Shown here piece by piece: positions 31,457 through 41,829 of a DNA stretch of 64,000 nucleotides; the first letter of the stretch is position 1; the number at the start of each line of letters is the position of its first letter. The stretch covers positions 3,936,001-4,000,000 of the forward strand of contig OY781964.1 of the NCBI GenBank assembly GCA_963677485.1, read 5' to 3'. The DNA is from Armatimonadota bacterium (GTDB lineage Bacteria > Armatimonadota > HRBIN16). The position numbers were made by a program, and so were the translations under genes. The notes beneath the pieces were generated by a model. The model saw nothing but the letters and a program-made list of their open reading frames with translations, did no database searches and had not been told where the DNA came from.

Positions 31457-32266
31457 TTAATGGCTTACGCGCCGAGCACCTAAAAAACGGTCCTTGTAAT
31501 ATCCTGAGTTCAGTGATGTTGCCTTCACCGTACTACCCGGATGTGACGCATGGACGAATTTCCCATTGCCTACGTATATTCCAACGTGGCTGGGACCTTT
31601 GCTATAGGTGCTGAAGAATACGAGATCACCTGGTTTCAAATCAGCCTTGCTCACAGGAATACCTTTACCGAACTGGGCTCGTGAGCTGTGCGGCAATGTC
31701 CGGCCTACTGAGTTCCTAACCACGTAGCTGGTAAACCCGCTGCAGTCAAATCCGCTTCGGCTGCTGCCGCCCCAGGCGTATTTCACACCTTTGAAGCGGT
31801 TGGCGGTGTTGACCATCTTCGCTTGTGTGCTGCTACCAGCCTTCTTCGAAGCGACTTTTATGTGAGAAGAACTCTTCTTGGCCACAGCGTGCGTTTTGGC
31901 CCTCGCCTTTGCAGCGATGGCTTTTCGGTGCTTCGCCTTAAGTGCAATTTCCTTATTATGCTTGGCCATCAGGGCATGCTTATGTGCCTTTGCTGCGGCC
32001 AGCTTAACAGCCTTATCGTGCTTCATCGCAGCACGTTTCGCATCGGCTTTGCTAATGATTACCAGGACTTGTCCCAGTTTCAACTTATCGGGGTTCTTAA
32101 GCTTGTTGGCGCTAATGATGGCGTTGCGGGTGGTGTGATGCTTTACAGCAATACCGGAGATATTATCTCCATTTTTCACGATCACCTTGGTGGCGGCAAT
32201 GGCTGTACTAGACGCTACTGTAATAGCGGCAAGAACGACCATTAGTCGTCTTTTCAACTGCATCAA
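31457..32266 (-). CDS. Secreted LysM + NlpC/P60 peptidoglycan endopeptidase
   Basis: VKNGDNISGIA...LKLGQVLVI; YAWGG, FDCSGF, PGDLVFF, HVGIY, FVHAS; AGGAGG RBS. Confidence 0.93.
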   Translation of the reverse strand: MMQLKRRLMVVLAAITVASSTAIAATKVIVKNGDNISGIAVKHHTTRNAIISANKLKNPDKLKLGQVLVIISKADAKRAAMKHDKAVKLAAAKAHKHALMAKHNKEIALKAKHRKAIAAKARAKTHAVAKKSSSHIKVASKKAGSSTQAKMVNTANRFKGVKYAWGGSSRSGFDCSGFTSYVVRNSVGRTLPHSSRAQFGKGIPVSKADLKPGDLVFFSTYSKGPSHVGIYVGNGKFVHASHPGSTVKATSLNSGYYKDRFLGARRVSH

Positions 32267-32282
32267 TCATCCTCCTGGCAGG

Positions 32283-33023
32283 TTATTGCTTGTAGGGTTT
32301 TCCCACATTTTTCACCACTTGGTAGTTTTCACTGCCGTGGTCGTGTTTTCCTTCTTTTGAGACCTGGTGGCATTGCATATCTGGCGAAATACTAGCATAA
32401 ATACCTGTATTTCCATTGATGTGCTCAGATTCTAACTGGTTACGCAATGCCAGTACAAAGTGGCCGAACGGCATGTAGCGTCCGGGACAATACGTACTGT
32501 TAGTGTCTCGATGACGTATGACATTCTCAACCGGAATTTCATACTTCCTAATCAATTGGACGCATAGTGACTGCAAAGCGGTCATTTGTGCGACCGTAGG
32601 CTGGGTCGCGCTGCTTTTCCCGAAATATGGACTAGAAGGGTCAAACGACCCGATCAGGCACACTCCGAGGTAGTGTTTGTTATAAAATGTTTTGCCGGAA
32701 TGCGCTCCGACGCACTTATCTGGACGGCCATGTTGCACTGTTCCATCGGGAAGTATCACATACTGATAGGCGATGTGATATATCTTTCCTTGGTAAAGCT
32801 TAGAAAATCCGCGTTGGGCGTGGAACCTGTCCAGCATTTTGGCGTCAACAAACTTGCCCTTGATACGGAACGGAGTATCGCTGTGATGCACCACTATGCC
32901 TAAGGGCCAGTCGGCTGGCCGTGCAGGTTTGCCAACCCGTGACACTAGCGGCTTGATCATAGGAAAGAGCCACATGAGCAACAGCGCAAACAACCCGTAT
33001 ATAAAAAGGTGCTTGATTGCCAC
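32283..33023 (-). CDS. Membrane-anchored N-acetylmuramoyl-L-alanine amidase (Amidase_2/PGRP-like)
   Basis: IVVHHS, IAYQYVILPDG...GR, GAHS, GVCLIG, IRHRD..STYCPG; start uncertain. Confidence 0.85.
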   Translation of the reverse strand: MAIKHLFIYGLFALLLMWLFPMIKPLVSRVGKPARPADWPLGIVVHHSDTPFRIKGKFVDAKMLDRFHAQRGFSKLYQGKIYHIAYQYVILPDGTVQHGRPDKCVGAHSGKTFYNKHYLGVCLIGSFDPSSPYFGKSSATQPTVAQMTALQSLCVQLIRKYEIPVENVIRHRDTNSTYCPGRYMPFGHFVLALRNQLESEHINGNTGIYASISPDMQCHQVSKEGKHDHGSENYQVVKNVGKPYKQ

Positions 33024-33177
33024 CCGGTATTTCAAGTGAGAAGAAACCACATATTCTATTCTACAACATTCCGGTGGCCACTGTATGGAAACCAACGATT
33101 GTCAATACGCCGGCGAAGGCCATGGGATTGGATCCGAACGGGTGGTTTATGAAGATTATTGCGATGGAATGGTGGAT

Positions 33178-33207
33178 GGAAAGGGGGCACGGTAAACCAT
33201 GCCCCCT
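33178..33207 (-). terminator. Intrinsic terminator after hoxH
   Basis: Minus strand GGGGGCATGGT-TT-ACCGTGCCCCC-TTT. Confidence 0.75.
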
Positions 33208-33222
33208 AACGGTGAGAGGTGA

Positions 33223-34647
33223 TTAGCGTTCGATGGTGCGGAGAAGCGTTCCATCCAGGCTCTTAATTTCCATCACGATGGGCATCTGGCCCAGGGCATG
33301 GGTGGAGCAGCTAAGACATGGGTCATAGCATCGGATGACGGCCTCTACGCGGTTCAGAGCGCCTTCTTTGATGTCATCGGCTTTCACGAACCGCTGAGCG
33401 GCCTGCAGGATACCCTTGTTCATCGCGAGGTTGTTGTGACCTGTGGCAATGATCAGGTTGCAGTAATTCATCAAGCCGTTGTTGTCTATTCGGTAGTGGT
33501 GAATCAGCGTTCCGCGGGGTGCTTCCAGGAAGCCGACGCCTTCATTACGGCTGGGCTCTGCGACTGCACGCAGGTGAGCCATGCAGGTGGTCTCGGGGTC
33601 AGCCAGTATTACTTGCATTCGCTCGATTGCACCGATGATCTCCACCAGGCGGGCCAGGTGGTTGTGGAACGAGCTGGTGCTGGCTCCACGTGTCAGTTCG
33701 CGGTATTCTGCCCATTCTTGATCAGCCAATGGGGTGCCGAATCCGTCGCAGACGGCAAGGCGGGCCATGGGGCCTACGCGGTACATGCCATCTGGGTAAC
33801 CCATCGGGGCATAGAATGGGAACTTGAGATAGCTCCAGGGTTCTACTGCTTCGCCGATCACGTTAGCATAGTCCATCGGGTCGACCACTTCATCAATGAT
33901 CTCGCCTTTGGCATTACTGACGCGCAGGGTGCCATCGTAGGTGTCCCATAACCCGTCGTAACCGGTCAGACCGACGAACAGGGTGGGGAAGTTAGCCATA
34001 ACAGCTATCTCATCTACAAACTGGCTTTGAGCGACTTTGAACCAACCGATGGTGCGTAACGCGATGGCTAATGCTTCATCAAGCATCACTTTGATCGTGT
34101 CAGAACCTTCAGTGGTGAGACCCTGGCCTACTCCGCCCGGCACTGACCAGTGCGGGTGAACGGATTTGTTGCCAAGCAGAGAGATGATCTTCTGGCCGAT
34201 GCTGCGCAGGCGGATACCGTCTTTTGCCAGTTCAGGGTGGGCGGCGGCGAGTCCCAGAATGTTACGGGTCTTGGGGTCGCTATCGAAGCCCAGCATGAAG
34301 TCCGGCGCAGAGAGGTGGAAGAAGCTCAATGCGTGGCTCTGAACGAGCTGCGCAAAGTTCATAATCCGGCGCAGGTTCGCGGCGGTGTGCGGGATATCTA
34401 CGGCCAGTAAAGCATCTGTGGCCTTAGCGGAGCACAGAAGGTGGCTAACAGGGCAAATACCGCAGATACGGGCCATTAACGCAGGCATCTCGGTGTAAGG
34501 GCGTCCTTCGCAAAACTTCTCAAACCCACGGAACTGGGTGACATGAAATTGTGCGTCGACGATGCTGCCCTGATCATCTGCAAAGAGGGTGATTTTACTG
34601 TGACCCTCTATACGAGTGACGGGATCGATAATAATGGTTTTAGCCAT
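33223..34647 (-). CDS. hoxH: Bidirectional NAD-linked [NiFe] hydrogenase large subunit (group 3d)
   Basis: DPVTRIEGH, ARICGICPVSH, EAPRGTLIHHY, YDPCLSCSTH plus cleavable C-terminal tail. Confidence 0.95.
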   Translation of the reverse strand: MAKTIIIDPVTRIEGHSKITLFADDQGSIVDAQFHVTQFRGFEKFCEGRPYTEMPALMARICGICPVSHLLCSAKATDALLAVDIPHTAANLRRIMNFAQLVQSHALSFFHLSAPDFMLGFDSDPKTRNILGLAAAHPELAKDGIRLRSIGQKIISLLGNKSVHPHWSVPGGVGQGLTTEGSDTIKVMLDEALAIALRTIGWFKVAQSQFVDEIAVMANFPTLFVGLTGYDGLWDTYDGTLRVSNAKGEIIDEVVDPMDYANVIGEAVEPWSYLKFPFYAPMGYPDGMYRVGPMARLAVCDGFGTPLADQEWAEYRELTRGASTSSFHNHLARLVEIIGAIERMQVILADPETTCMAHLRAVAEPSRNEGVGFLEAPRGTLIHHYRIDNNGLMNYCNLIIATGHNNLAMNKGILQAAQRFVKADDIKEGALNRVEAVIRCYDPCLSCSTHALGQMPIVMEIKSLDGTLLRTIER

Positions 34648-34658
34648 GTTATAACTCC

Positions 34659-35192
34659 TTATGCTCCAAACTTGGCGATGCCGGTGAGGTCAGGGATCCG
34701 ACCTGCCAGCAGTTCGCTGAGCACGTGAAAGATCAGATCAGCCGGTGGCGGGCATCCTGGCAGGTGGAAATCCACTTTCACCACTTCGCCAACTGGTCGG
34801 CAATGTGGTAGAAGGTGAGGAATCCGCTCACCCGGTGTCTGCTGCTGCACGATGGCGTTTTCGATATATGCCCTGGTCATCAGCTCCTCAATTTTGAATG
34901 AGTTGCGCATACCAGGTATGTTGGACGTGACCGCGCAGTCGCCATAGCTGATCACTATTTTGGTGTGTGCTCTGATTTTCTTGATCTTCGCTTCGTCTTC
35001 GTCGCTGCTGATAGCACCCTCAACCAGGCATACATCCACCTCGTCGGGATACTCTTTGATATCAACCAGCGGGCTATAGACGAGGTCAATCAGGGGAGCG
35101 ATCTCCAGGAGACGTTCGTCAATATCAAGGAACGACATATGGCATCCGGAGCATCCGTCAAGCCATATAGTCGCAATTTTCACTTTTTCCAT
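34659..35192 (-). CDS. hoxY: [NiFe] hydrogenase small subunit
   Basis: WLDGCSGCHMSFLDIDE, GDCAV, LPGCPP. Confidence 0.95.
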   Translation of the reverse strand: MEKVKIATIWLDGCSGCHMSFLDIDERLLEIAPLIDLVYSPLVDIKEYPDEVDVCLVEGAISSDEDEAKIKKIRAHTKIVISYGDCAVTSNIPGMRNSFKIEELMTRAYIENAIVQQQTPGERIPHLLPHCRPVGEVVKVDFHLPGCPPPADLIFHVLSELLAGRIPDLTGIAKFGA

Positions 35193-35909
35193 CTATTTGT
35201 TACCTCGCATCATCACTATTTCGGCGATGAGGCCGGGGTTCTTGACCATTTCGCCAGCCGCCCTGCCTTTTTCGCTCAGGGCACCTACCGGGCAGGCCTG
35301 AACGCATTTGCCGCAGTCAGTGCAGGCATCTACTTCGCCCCATGGCTGCAGCAGCCCGGAAATCATCTGTGAGTCGATACCACGTCCAGCGATATCCCAA
35401 ACATGCATCCCTTCGATGGAGTCGCACGTGCGGATGCAGCGCGAACAGAGAATGCAGCGGTTATGGTCAATCATGAAGCGTGAATGAGACGCATCGATAG
35501 ATAGTTTTGGATATCGGTAAGGCACATGAAGGCCGGTGACACCTAGTCGATTAGCCATCGACTGTAGTTCGCAGTGTCCATTACTGACACAGATCGAACA
35601 GGTGTGGTTACGCTCCGCAAAGAGCATCTCTAGAATAAGCTTCCGGAACTTCAGAAGTTTGGGAGTGTCGGTGGATATAATCCATCCGGAGGCGGGTTCG
35701 GTAGTGCAGGCTGGGAAGAGGCGCGGAATGCCCTCAACTTCAACCATGCATAGCCGGCATCCACCATACGCTTCTAAGCCTTCAAGGAAGCACAGGGTTG
35801 GGATATATATGTCATTCATTCGGCATATCTGCAGAATGGTTTGACCTGCTTCGAATTCGATCTCCGTACCGTTGATCGTGACTAACTTCTTGTCAGAATT
35901 GGGAGACAT
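35193..35909 (-). CDS. hoxU: Diaphorase Fe-S subunit
   Basis: IPTLC...GGCRLCMVE, HTCSICVSNGHCELQ, RCILCSRC, CTDCGKCVQACP; GGAGG RBS. Confidence 0.93.
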   Translation of the reverse strand: MSPNSDKKLVTINGTEIEFEAGQTILQICRMNDIYIPTLCFLEGLEAYGGCRLCMVEVEGIPRLFPACTTEPASGWIISTDTPKLLKFRKLILEMLFAERNHTCSICVSNGHCELQSMANRLGVTGLHVPYRYPKLSIDASHSRFMIDHNRCILCSRCIRTCDSIEGMHVWDIAGRGIDSQMISGLLQPWGEVDACTDCGKCVQACPVGALSEKGRAAGEMVKNPGLIAEIVMMRGNK

Positions 35910-37564
35910 CACTTGACCTCCTGCAGTTTTTTGGCGTGCGCCATTGAGCAGACACCGGCCGGACACCGCTTTTCAACGATATGAGCTACGAACTCATCGC
36001 GGAAATAGCGCAAGGTGCTTAACACCGGGTTCGGTGCCGTCTGACCAAGGCCGCATAGGCTGGTCGTGGTCACCACTTGGCATATCTCTTCGATTAGGTC
36101 GATGTCTTCCATCGTGCCGTCGCCGTCTGTAATCTTGTTCAGCAGGCGGAGAAGCTGGTAAGTGCCCGTTCGGCATGGGATGCACTTGCCGCAGCTTTCG
36201 CTTTGACAGAACTCCATGAAGAACTTCGCAACGTCGACCATGCAGGAGGTATCGTCCATGACGATCATACCGCCCGAACCCATGATCGAACCGACTTTTT
36301 TCAGCGATTCGTAATCACAGGGCAGGTCAAGATGCTCAGCAGGGATACAACCACCGGATGGTCCGCCGGTTTGCACCGCTTTGAAGGAGCGACCGTCAGG
36401 GATGCCGCCGCCGATATCAAAGATGATTTCGCGGATCGTCATACCCATTGGCACTTCGATTAAGCCGGTATTCTGAACCCGTCCTGCCAGAGCAAACACT
36501 TTCGTGCCTTTACTACTGGGAGTTCCGATTTTGGAATACCACTCTCCACCGTTTCGGATGATTGGGGCGATGCTAGCCAGTGTTTCCACATTGTTGATAC
36601 ATGTGGGTTGTCCCCATAGTCCCTTGACTGCAGGGTATGGTGGGCGAGGCTTAGGCATACCGCGGCGTCCCTCGATGGAGGCGATGAGTGCGGTCTCTTC
36701 ACCGCAGACAAATGCACCAGCACCAAGCCTGATATCTACACTGAAGCTGTAATCGGATCCAGCGATGTTCTTGCCCAGCAGACCGCTGCGCTCCGCTTGT
36801 CGGATCGCTGTCCGCAATCTTTTGATGGCCAGAGGATACTCAGCACGTACGTACACGAAGCCCTTGCTGGCTCCCATGGCGTAGGCTGCGATCGCCATAC
36901 CTTCCAGAATTCGGTGTGGGTCCGACTCAAGAACGGATCGGTCCATGAATGCACCGGGGTCACCTTCGTCGCCATTACAGATGACATACTTCGGTGCGCG
37001 GGTTTCATGAGCCATGAGTGCCCATTTTTTACCTGTGGGGAAGCCTGCTCCACCACGGCCACGTAAGCCGGAAGTGCTGATCTCATCAATCACTTCAAGC
37101 GGCGTCATTTCTTTGAGCACCTTGAGAAGAGCGGAATACCCATCGTGGGCGATGTAATCTTCAATCTTCTCAGGATCAATCACTCCGCAGTTTTCGAGAG
37201 CGATCTTTACCTGACGTGTGAAGAAGGGGGCGTTGGCGTCACAATCGATTTGGGAAGGGACATCCATGTTGAGGCTGTCGAGTATGGTTCCGGCATCTGC
37301 CTCAGTGACCGCTTCGAACATCTTGCCCGATGGTCTGACTTGAAGCAATGGTCCGACAGAACATAGCCCTAAGCAGCCTACACCCTTAATCAGTACATCC
37401 TTCTCGAGACCTCGAGACTTGACTTCCTCTTCAAGAGCCGCCTTGACGAGATTTGAATGGCAAGATAGACATCCTGCCGCCACGCATACTGCGATCACGT
37501 GCTTGTATTGGCCTTCGGCGGACAATTGAGTCGCCGAAACAGTTTTCATCTCATCGAGATTCAT
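35909..37564 (-). CDS. hoxF: Diaphorase flavoprotein subunit (NuoF-like with N-terminal 2Fe-2S domain)
   Basis: CVAAGC...GCLGLC, SGLRGRGGAGFPTGKKW, CNGDEGDPGAFMDR, ESCGKCIPCR, SLCGLG. Confidence 0.94.
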   Translation of the reverse strand: MNLDEMKTVSATQLSAEGQYKHVIAVCVAAGCLSCHSNLVKAALEEEVKSRGLEKDVLIKGVGCLGLCSVGPLLQVRPSGKMFEAVTEADAGTILDSLNMDVPSQIDCDANAPFFTRQVKIALENCGVIDPEKIEDYIAHDGYSALLKVLKEMTPLEVIDEISTSGLRGRGGAGFPTGKKWALMAHETRAPKYVICNGDEGDPGAFMDRSVLESDPHRILEGMAIAAYAMGASKGFVYVRAEYPLAIKRLRTAIRQAERSGLLGKNIAGSDYSFSVDIRLGAGAFVCGEETALIASIEGRRGMPKPRPPYPAVKGLWGQPTCINNVETLASIAPIIRNGGEWYSKIGTPSSKGTKVFALAGRVQNTGLIEVPMGMTIREIIFDIGGGIPDGRSFKAVQTGGPSGGCIPAEHLDLPCDYESLKKVGSIMGSGGMIVMDDTSCMVDVAKFFMEFCQSESCGKCIPCRTGTYQLLRLLNKITDGDGTMEDIDLIEEICQVVTTTSLCGLGQTAPNPVLSTLRYFRDEFVAHIVEKRCPAGVCSMAHAKKLQEVK

Positions 37565-38054
37565 CAGACATACACCTCGATATTTGGCTTATGGCTTCTT
37601 GGGGGGTTAGCTTACCCACGATGACTCCGTCAAAAACGCCGGCTGGTGCTAAACCACAGGCACCAATACAACGGGCTGTCATCAGTGATAATTGTCCGTC
37701 AGGGGTGGTTTCACCGGGCTTGATGCCGTAAGCATCTTCAATGGCAGTGATGATGCTGGGGATGCCCTTGATGTAGCAGGCCGTTCCCATGCAAAGTACG
37801 CAGGTGTGCTGTCCCTGTGGTTTTAAGTTGAAGAAGTGGTAGAAAGTGGCCACTCCGTATACTTTGCTCAGAGGCACTTGCAGGCTTTCTCCAACGAAAC
37901 GCAGAGCGTCATCGTCGAGGTAACCGAAGGCTTCTTGAGCTGTATGTAAAGATTCGATTAAAGCGTCGGAACTGTAACCATGTCGGCGCATTGTTGCATC
38001 AACCACACGCCACCGACGGTCGTCAGAAGGTGCGGGGGGACGGTTTATAGCCAT
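37551..38054 (-). CDS. hoxE: Diaphorase 2Fe-2S subunit (NuoE-like)
   Basis: DALIESLHTAQEAFGYL, VYGVATFYHFF, CMGTAC, RCIGACGLAP; GGAGG RBS. Confidence 0.94.
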   Translation of the reverse strand: MAINRPPAPSDDRRWRVVDATMRRHGYSSDALIESLHTAQEAFGYLDDDALRFVGESLQVPLSKVYGVATFYHFFNLKPQGQHTCVLCMGTACYIKGIPSIITAIEDAYGIKPGETTPDGQLSLMTARCIGACGLAPAGVFDGVIVGKLTPQEAISQISRCMSDESR

Positions 38055-38269
38055 CAGATCCTCCAGAAATGTTACTACCATAGCGACTGTGTACGACGAT
38101 ATTTAACCGCCGTCACTATCATGCACTGTGGGTGAGTTGATAACCCACTCAAGTAACAATTCTATCAGAAAACACCCTAGAAATGTGAATTACATATCGT
38201 AATGTAGAAGAAAAATGTGATTTTAACGAAGGCCGTAGAAGCCAGCAGTGATTCGATCGGCACAACTCT

Positions 38270-39136
38270 TCAGTTTAATACGAAACGAGCCAGAACCGTC
38301 ATGATTACTATCACGATGATAGCGGCAATACCGATGTCGCGCCATTCAGCACGACTGAGCTGGAATTGCTTATGGTTCACAATCAAAAAGGTGGCGGCAA
38401 TCGGCACTAGTCCTGGGAGCATGGCCAGTATCGGAATGATCGGCGAAAGGGTGAATTGGAGCAGCAGAAAGGCGGTGAGTACGACGGTTGTCCAAACTGC
38501 GGTGAGTGATGTGTTTAGCTTGAAACGGACACAGCAAGCCAAAAAAGCACTGAAAAACATGAAGTCTGCGGGACCTATAAGGCCCATCAATGCGACATGG
38601 CCAGCTTTGGCTGCCGATCCAGCCATTGGTATCGATACAGCTACTTGAGGTAACAGCTCAGGGGTGTGCTTCATATAGACTGGCAGCCAGTATTTCACAA
38701 TGAAGATATCTATGGAGGCCAAGAAAAGTGCCACCGGTGGCACGATATTGGGTTCCCTGAATACGCGGCTCACGAGCTTACCGAGATGGGCTGCTGAGAG
38801 CAGTATGAGGATATCTCGAAACGCCAATGCACAGGGGATGCCCAATCGGGTTGAGGCCAATGCGCGGACGGTGGGCATAGGCAGGTTAAGAACCAGAATG
38901 GCCAGTCCGACGCTGATGCCCAGCGTGAGCACTTCCGCCAGAGCTGATGTTTTGATGACCACCACACGCAACAGCAACCAAATCGTGAGAAACATGAAGA
39001 TGAGCGAGCTGCCGGCTGCTGCGAAGGGCATCATCCCGCTGGGAATGGGCAACAGCGGGATGAACACTTTGTAGATGAAGTAGGTGGCGAGTGATAACGC
39101 ACAAACGAAAATGCGGTTATCTAGATATCGCCGCAA
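38270..39136 (-). CDS. Polytopic membrane protein, possible GxGD-type intramembrane aspartyl protease
   Basis: About 9 hydrophobic segments; IDIFIV, LIGPAD, LPGL in SPP-like order; TTG start just after upstream stop. Confidence 0.6.
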   Translation of the reverse strand: MRRYLDNRIFVCALSLATYFIYKVFIPLLPIPSGMMPFAAAGSSLIFMFLTIWLLLRVVVIKTSALAEVLTLGISVGLAILVLNLPMPTVRALASTRLGIPCALAFRDILILLSAAHLGKLVSRVFREPNIVPPVALFLASIDIFIVKYWLPVYMKHTPELLPQVAVSIPMAGSAAKAGHVALMGLIGPADFMFFSAFLACCVRFKLNTSLTAVWTTVVLTAFLLLQFTLSPIIPILAMLPGLVPIAATFLIVNHKQFQLSRAEWRDIGIAAIIVIVIMTVLARFVLN

Positions 39137-39139
39137 TGC

Positions 39140-39688
39140 CTACTTCGCTGCCAGAAGGGTCGCTCGCCCGATATTGGGGTTCGTGAACACATCGGCTTCA
39201 TCACGGCTAGTGGTGCTGAACTCACTGATCACGGCCCCTTCATCGCCGGCTTGAAACCAGTGTAGTGTGTTACGAGGAATCGTGAACTGTTCACCCGGCT
39301 GTAAGGCGATTTCCTGCCAGACCGAATAGTATTGTTCTGTGCCTGGTGGCGGGGCGCACACCGGGTTCGGAGTCGCTTCACCTTCAATGTAGAGATAAAC
39401 AACACCCCAACGGCATCGAAATGTCTCCATTTTGCCGGGATGCCCATCAACCGATGGATGCCTGTGTTCTGCACAGGTTTGGTGCGGGAAGAGCACCATC
39501 TCTTTGGCACAATAAGCCTCTGTGTTGATGTATGTGACGATCTCCAGCCCCGTATGCTGAAGGTCACTCAAACCAAAGTCCACGACTTCAATGCCCTCTG
39601 ACTCTTCAGGTGTCAGCACAATGGAGGCCTTCTGGTAGTAGTCACGTGCTCGTTGCTGTGCGGAGCTAAATTCTCTTTTGCTAATCAT
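39140..39688 (-). CDS. D-lyxose/D-mannose family sugar isomerase (cupin)
   Basis: DFGL, YCAKEMVL.P.QTCAEHRHP, GKMETFRCRWG, HWFQAG, EFST.SRDE.D.F. Confidence 0.9.
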   Translation of the reverse strand: MISKREFSSAQQRARDYYQKASIVLTPEESEGIEVVDFGLSDLQHTGLEIVTYINTEAYCAKEMVLFPHQTCAEHRHPSVDGHPGKMETFRCRWGVVYLYIEGEATPNPVCAPPPGTEQYYSVWQEIALQPGEQFTIPRNTLHWFQAGDEGAVISEFSTTSRDEADVFTNPNIGRATLLAAK

Positions 39689-39730
39689 TCAGATATCTCC
39701 CTTCATACGTGCAGATGAATAATCGGTCGA

Positions 39731-40810
39731 TTACAGTTTTGCAGAACGCTGAAGCAGTAAACAGTCGGCCAGAACCAGTGCGGTCATTGCCTCCACAACC
39801 GGTACCGCTCGGGGTAGAACGCAAGGGTCATGCCGACCTTTGGCACGCAGGGTGGTTGCCTCACCATCCTGGGTCACCGATTGTTGGTCACGGGTGATGG
39901 TGGCGGTTGGTTTCACGGCGATTCGGAACCTGATGTCTTCGCCGTTCGATATCCCGCCTTGAATCCCACCGCTGTTGTTGGTTGTGGTATGAACTTTTCC
40001 ATCTGCTCCGGTGACGAAGGGGTCATTATGCTCCGAGCCCTTCATCAGCGTGCCACTAAAGCCGCTGCCGACCTCAAAACCCTTGACCGCAGGGATGGAG
40101 AGCATAGCCATACCCAGCCGTGCTTCCAGCTTGTCAAACACTGGGTCACCGAAACCTGGCGGACAGTGTCGCACCACACAGCACACCGTGCCTCCCAGAC
40201 TGTCGCCATCGGCTCGGGCCTGCATGATGGCCGCTTCCATGAGGGCTGATGCAGCCGGGTCTGGGCATCGGGTGGGGTGGGCATCGACAAGCTCGCGGGT
40301 GATGGAATTGGGATCCACCTGCGCCTTGATTTCATGAACTGTGTCAACCCAGGCAATAATCTCAATGCCAAAGGAAGAGAGAAGTATCTGAGCTACCGCG
40401 CCTGCGGCTACTCGGGCGACTGTTTCCCGGGCACTTGACCGTCCACCGCCTCGCCAATCGCGGTATCCGTATTTGGCGTCGAAAGTGTAGTCCGCGTGCG
40501 ATGGTCTGTAGATATGATGGAAGCCTTCATATGAGCTGCTCATGGCATCTTGATTTTGGACGAATAGTGCGATGGGTGTTCCGGTGGTTTTGCTCTCGAA
40601 TGTGCCGGAGAGGATTTGGACGGTATCGCTTTCTTTGCGCTGAGTGGTCAGCTTGCTTTGCCCTGGCCGCCGTCGATCAAGTTCAGACTGAATCATACCG
40701 GCGTCAATGACCAAACCGGCTGGACAGCCGTCGATGATCACACCAACTGCCTGACCATGCGATTCCCCAAAAGTGCTGATTCGGAATATCTGTCCAAAAA
40801 TGCTGCCCAT
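39731..40810 (-). CDS. aroC: Chorismate synthase
   Basis: [47 protein letters not shown]. Confidence 0.97.
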   Translation of the reverse strand: MGSIFGQIFRISTFGESHGQAVGVIIDGCPAGLVIDAGMIQSELDRRRPGQSKLTTQRKESDTVQILSGTFESKTTGTPIALFVQNQDAMSSSYEGFHHIYRPSHADYTFDAKYGYRDWRGGGRSSARETVARVAAGAVAQILLSSFGIEIIAWVDTVHEIKAQVDPNSITRELVDAHPTRCPDPAASALMEAAIMQARADGDSLGGTVCCVVRHCPPGFGDPVFDKLEARLGMAMLSIPAVKGFEVGSGFSGTLMKGSEHNDPFVTGADGKVHTTTNNSGGIQGGISNGEDIRFRIAVKPTATITRDQQSVTQDGEATTLRAKGRHDPCVLPRAVPVVEAMTALVLADCLLLQRSAKL

Positions 40811-40942
40811 AGAACCTCTTTTGATGTTTGTAACTGGTTCACATTATACGGGTGGGTGAGAGGAAAATCAACGAGCGCCGGGTAGTATGAATCTGTAGGC
40901 GAGTGATGCCTGCGCGAATGCCGCAGCTGAAAGGAGAGCGCT

Positions 40943-41815
40943 ATGAAGGTAGTCATCATCGGAGGGCGCGGATTTATCGGAAGGAATCTGTCTGAGTATC
41001 TGACCTCGCAAGGTCATGATGTGCTGGTGAGTTCACGACACCTGTCAGATAGATCGATCGTCTGGGATGGCCACGATGCAGGCGATCTCGCAACTCATCT
41101 TGCTGGCATAGATGCGGTGGTGAACCTGGCAGGTGAATCGATCGCTGACAAACCATGGAGCCGCGAACGGAAGCATGTGCTGTACACATCACGCGTCGAT
41201 ACCACCAAATCCGTTGTGAAGGCCGCCAACATGGCAGGTGTATCGGTGTTGGTGAACGCCAGTGCGGTGGGCATCTACGGTTCGACGGGTGACAATATTG
41301 TGGATGAAACGCAGCCTGCCGGAGTTGGGTATCTTGCCGACCTATGTGCTGCCTGGGAGAGAGCCACCAATGGATTCGCTGGCCGATGTGTACACATGCG
41401 GATCGGTGTGGTCATCGGGAGTGGTGGCGGGATACTGGCGCGCCTTAGGCCGGTATTCCGTACAGGGATTGGCGGTCCCTTAGGCTCAGGCAAACACTGG
41501 ATGCCCTGGATACATATCGACGACTTAACGCGATGTGTGGAATGGTGTCTTACCAAACCGATAGTGGGGCCGGTCAACGCTGTGGCACCTCAAGCGGTGA
41601 CCAATCTTGATTTTTCAAGGAGGCTTGCGCACTTATTACATCGCCCGTGCTTTTTGTCTGTGCCAGTATTAGCCTTGCAACTCGTATTCGGGAAGGCCTT
41701 TGTGGCTGAGGTTCTCATCAGCAGTCAGAAAATACGGCCAAAGGTACTAGAAACAAGTGGATTTACGTGGACTAGAAGTGAGATCCATGCTGCGTTGATG
41801 GAGGCACTGGCGTAG
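40943..41815 (+). CDS. TIGR01777 family NAD-dependent epimerase-like oxidoreductase (YfcH-like)
   Basis: GGRGFIG, VVNLAGE, ASAVGIYG, GGPLGSGKHWMPWIHIDD, GPVNAVAP. Confidence 0.92.
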   Translation: MKVVIIGGRGFIGRNLSEYLTSQGHDVLVSSRHLSDRSIVWDGHDAGDLATHLAGIDAVVNLAGESIADKPWSRERKHVLYTSRVDTTKSVVKAANMAGVSVLVNASAVGIYGSTGDNIVDETQPAGVGYLADLCAAWERATNGFAGRCVHMRIGVVIGSGGGILARLRPVFRTGIGGPLGSGKHWMPWIHIDDLTRCVEWCLTKPIVGPVNAVAPQAVTNLDFSRRLAHLLHRPCFLSVPVLALQLVFGKAFVAEVLISSQKIRPKVLETSGFTWTRSEIHAALMEALA

Positions 41816-41829
41816 CCGCGGATGTCGAG

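Noticed and set aside
35193-38054. nuoEFG or [FeFe]-hydrogenase subunits
   Set aside because: Short HoxU-type subunit without H-cluster motifs, directly followed by hoxYH
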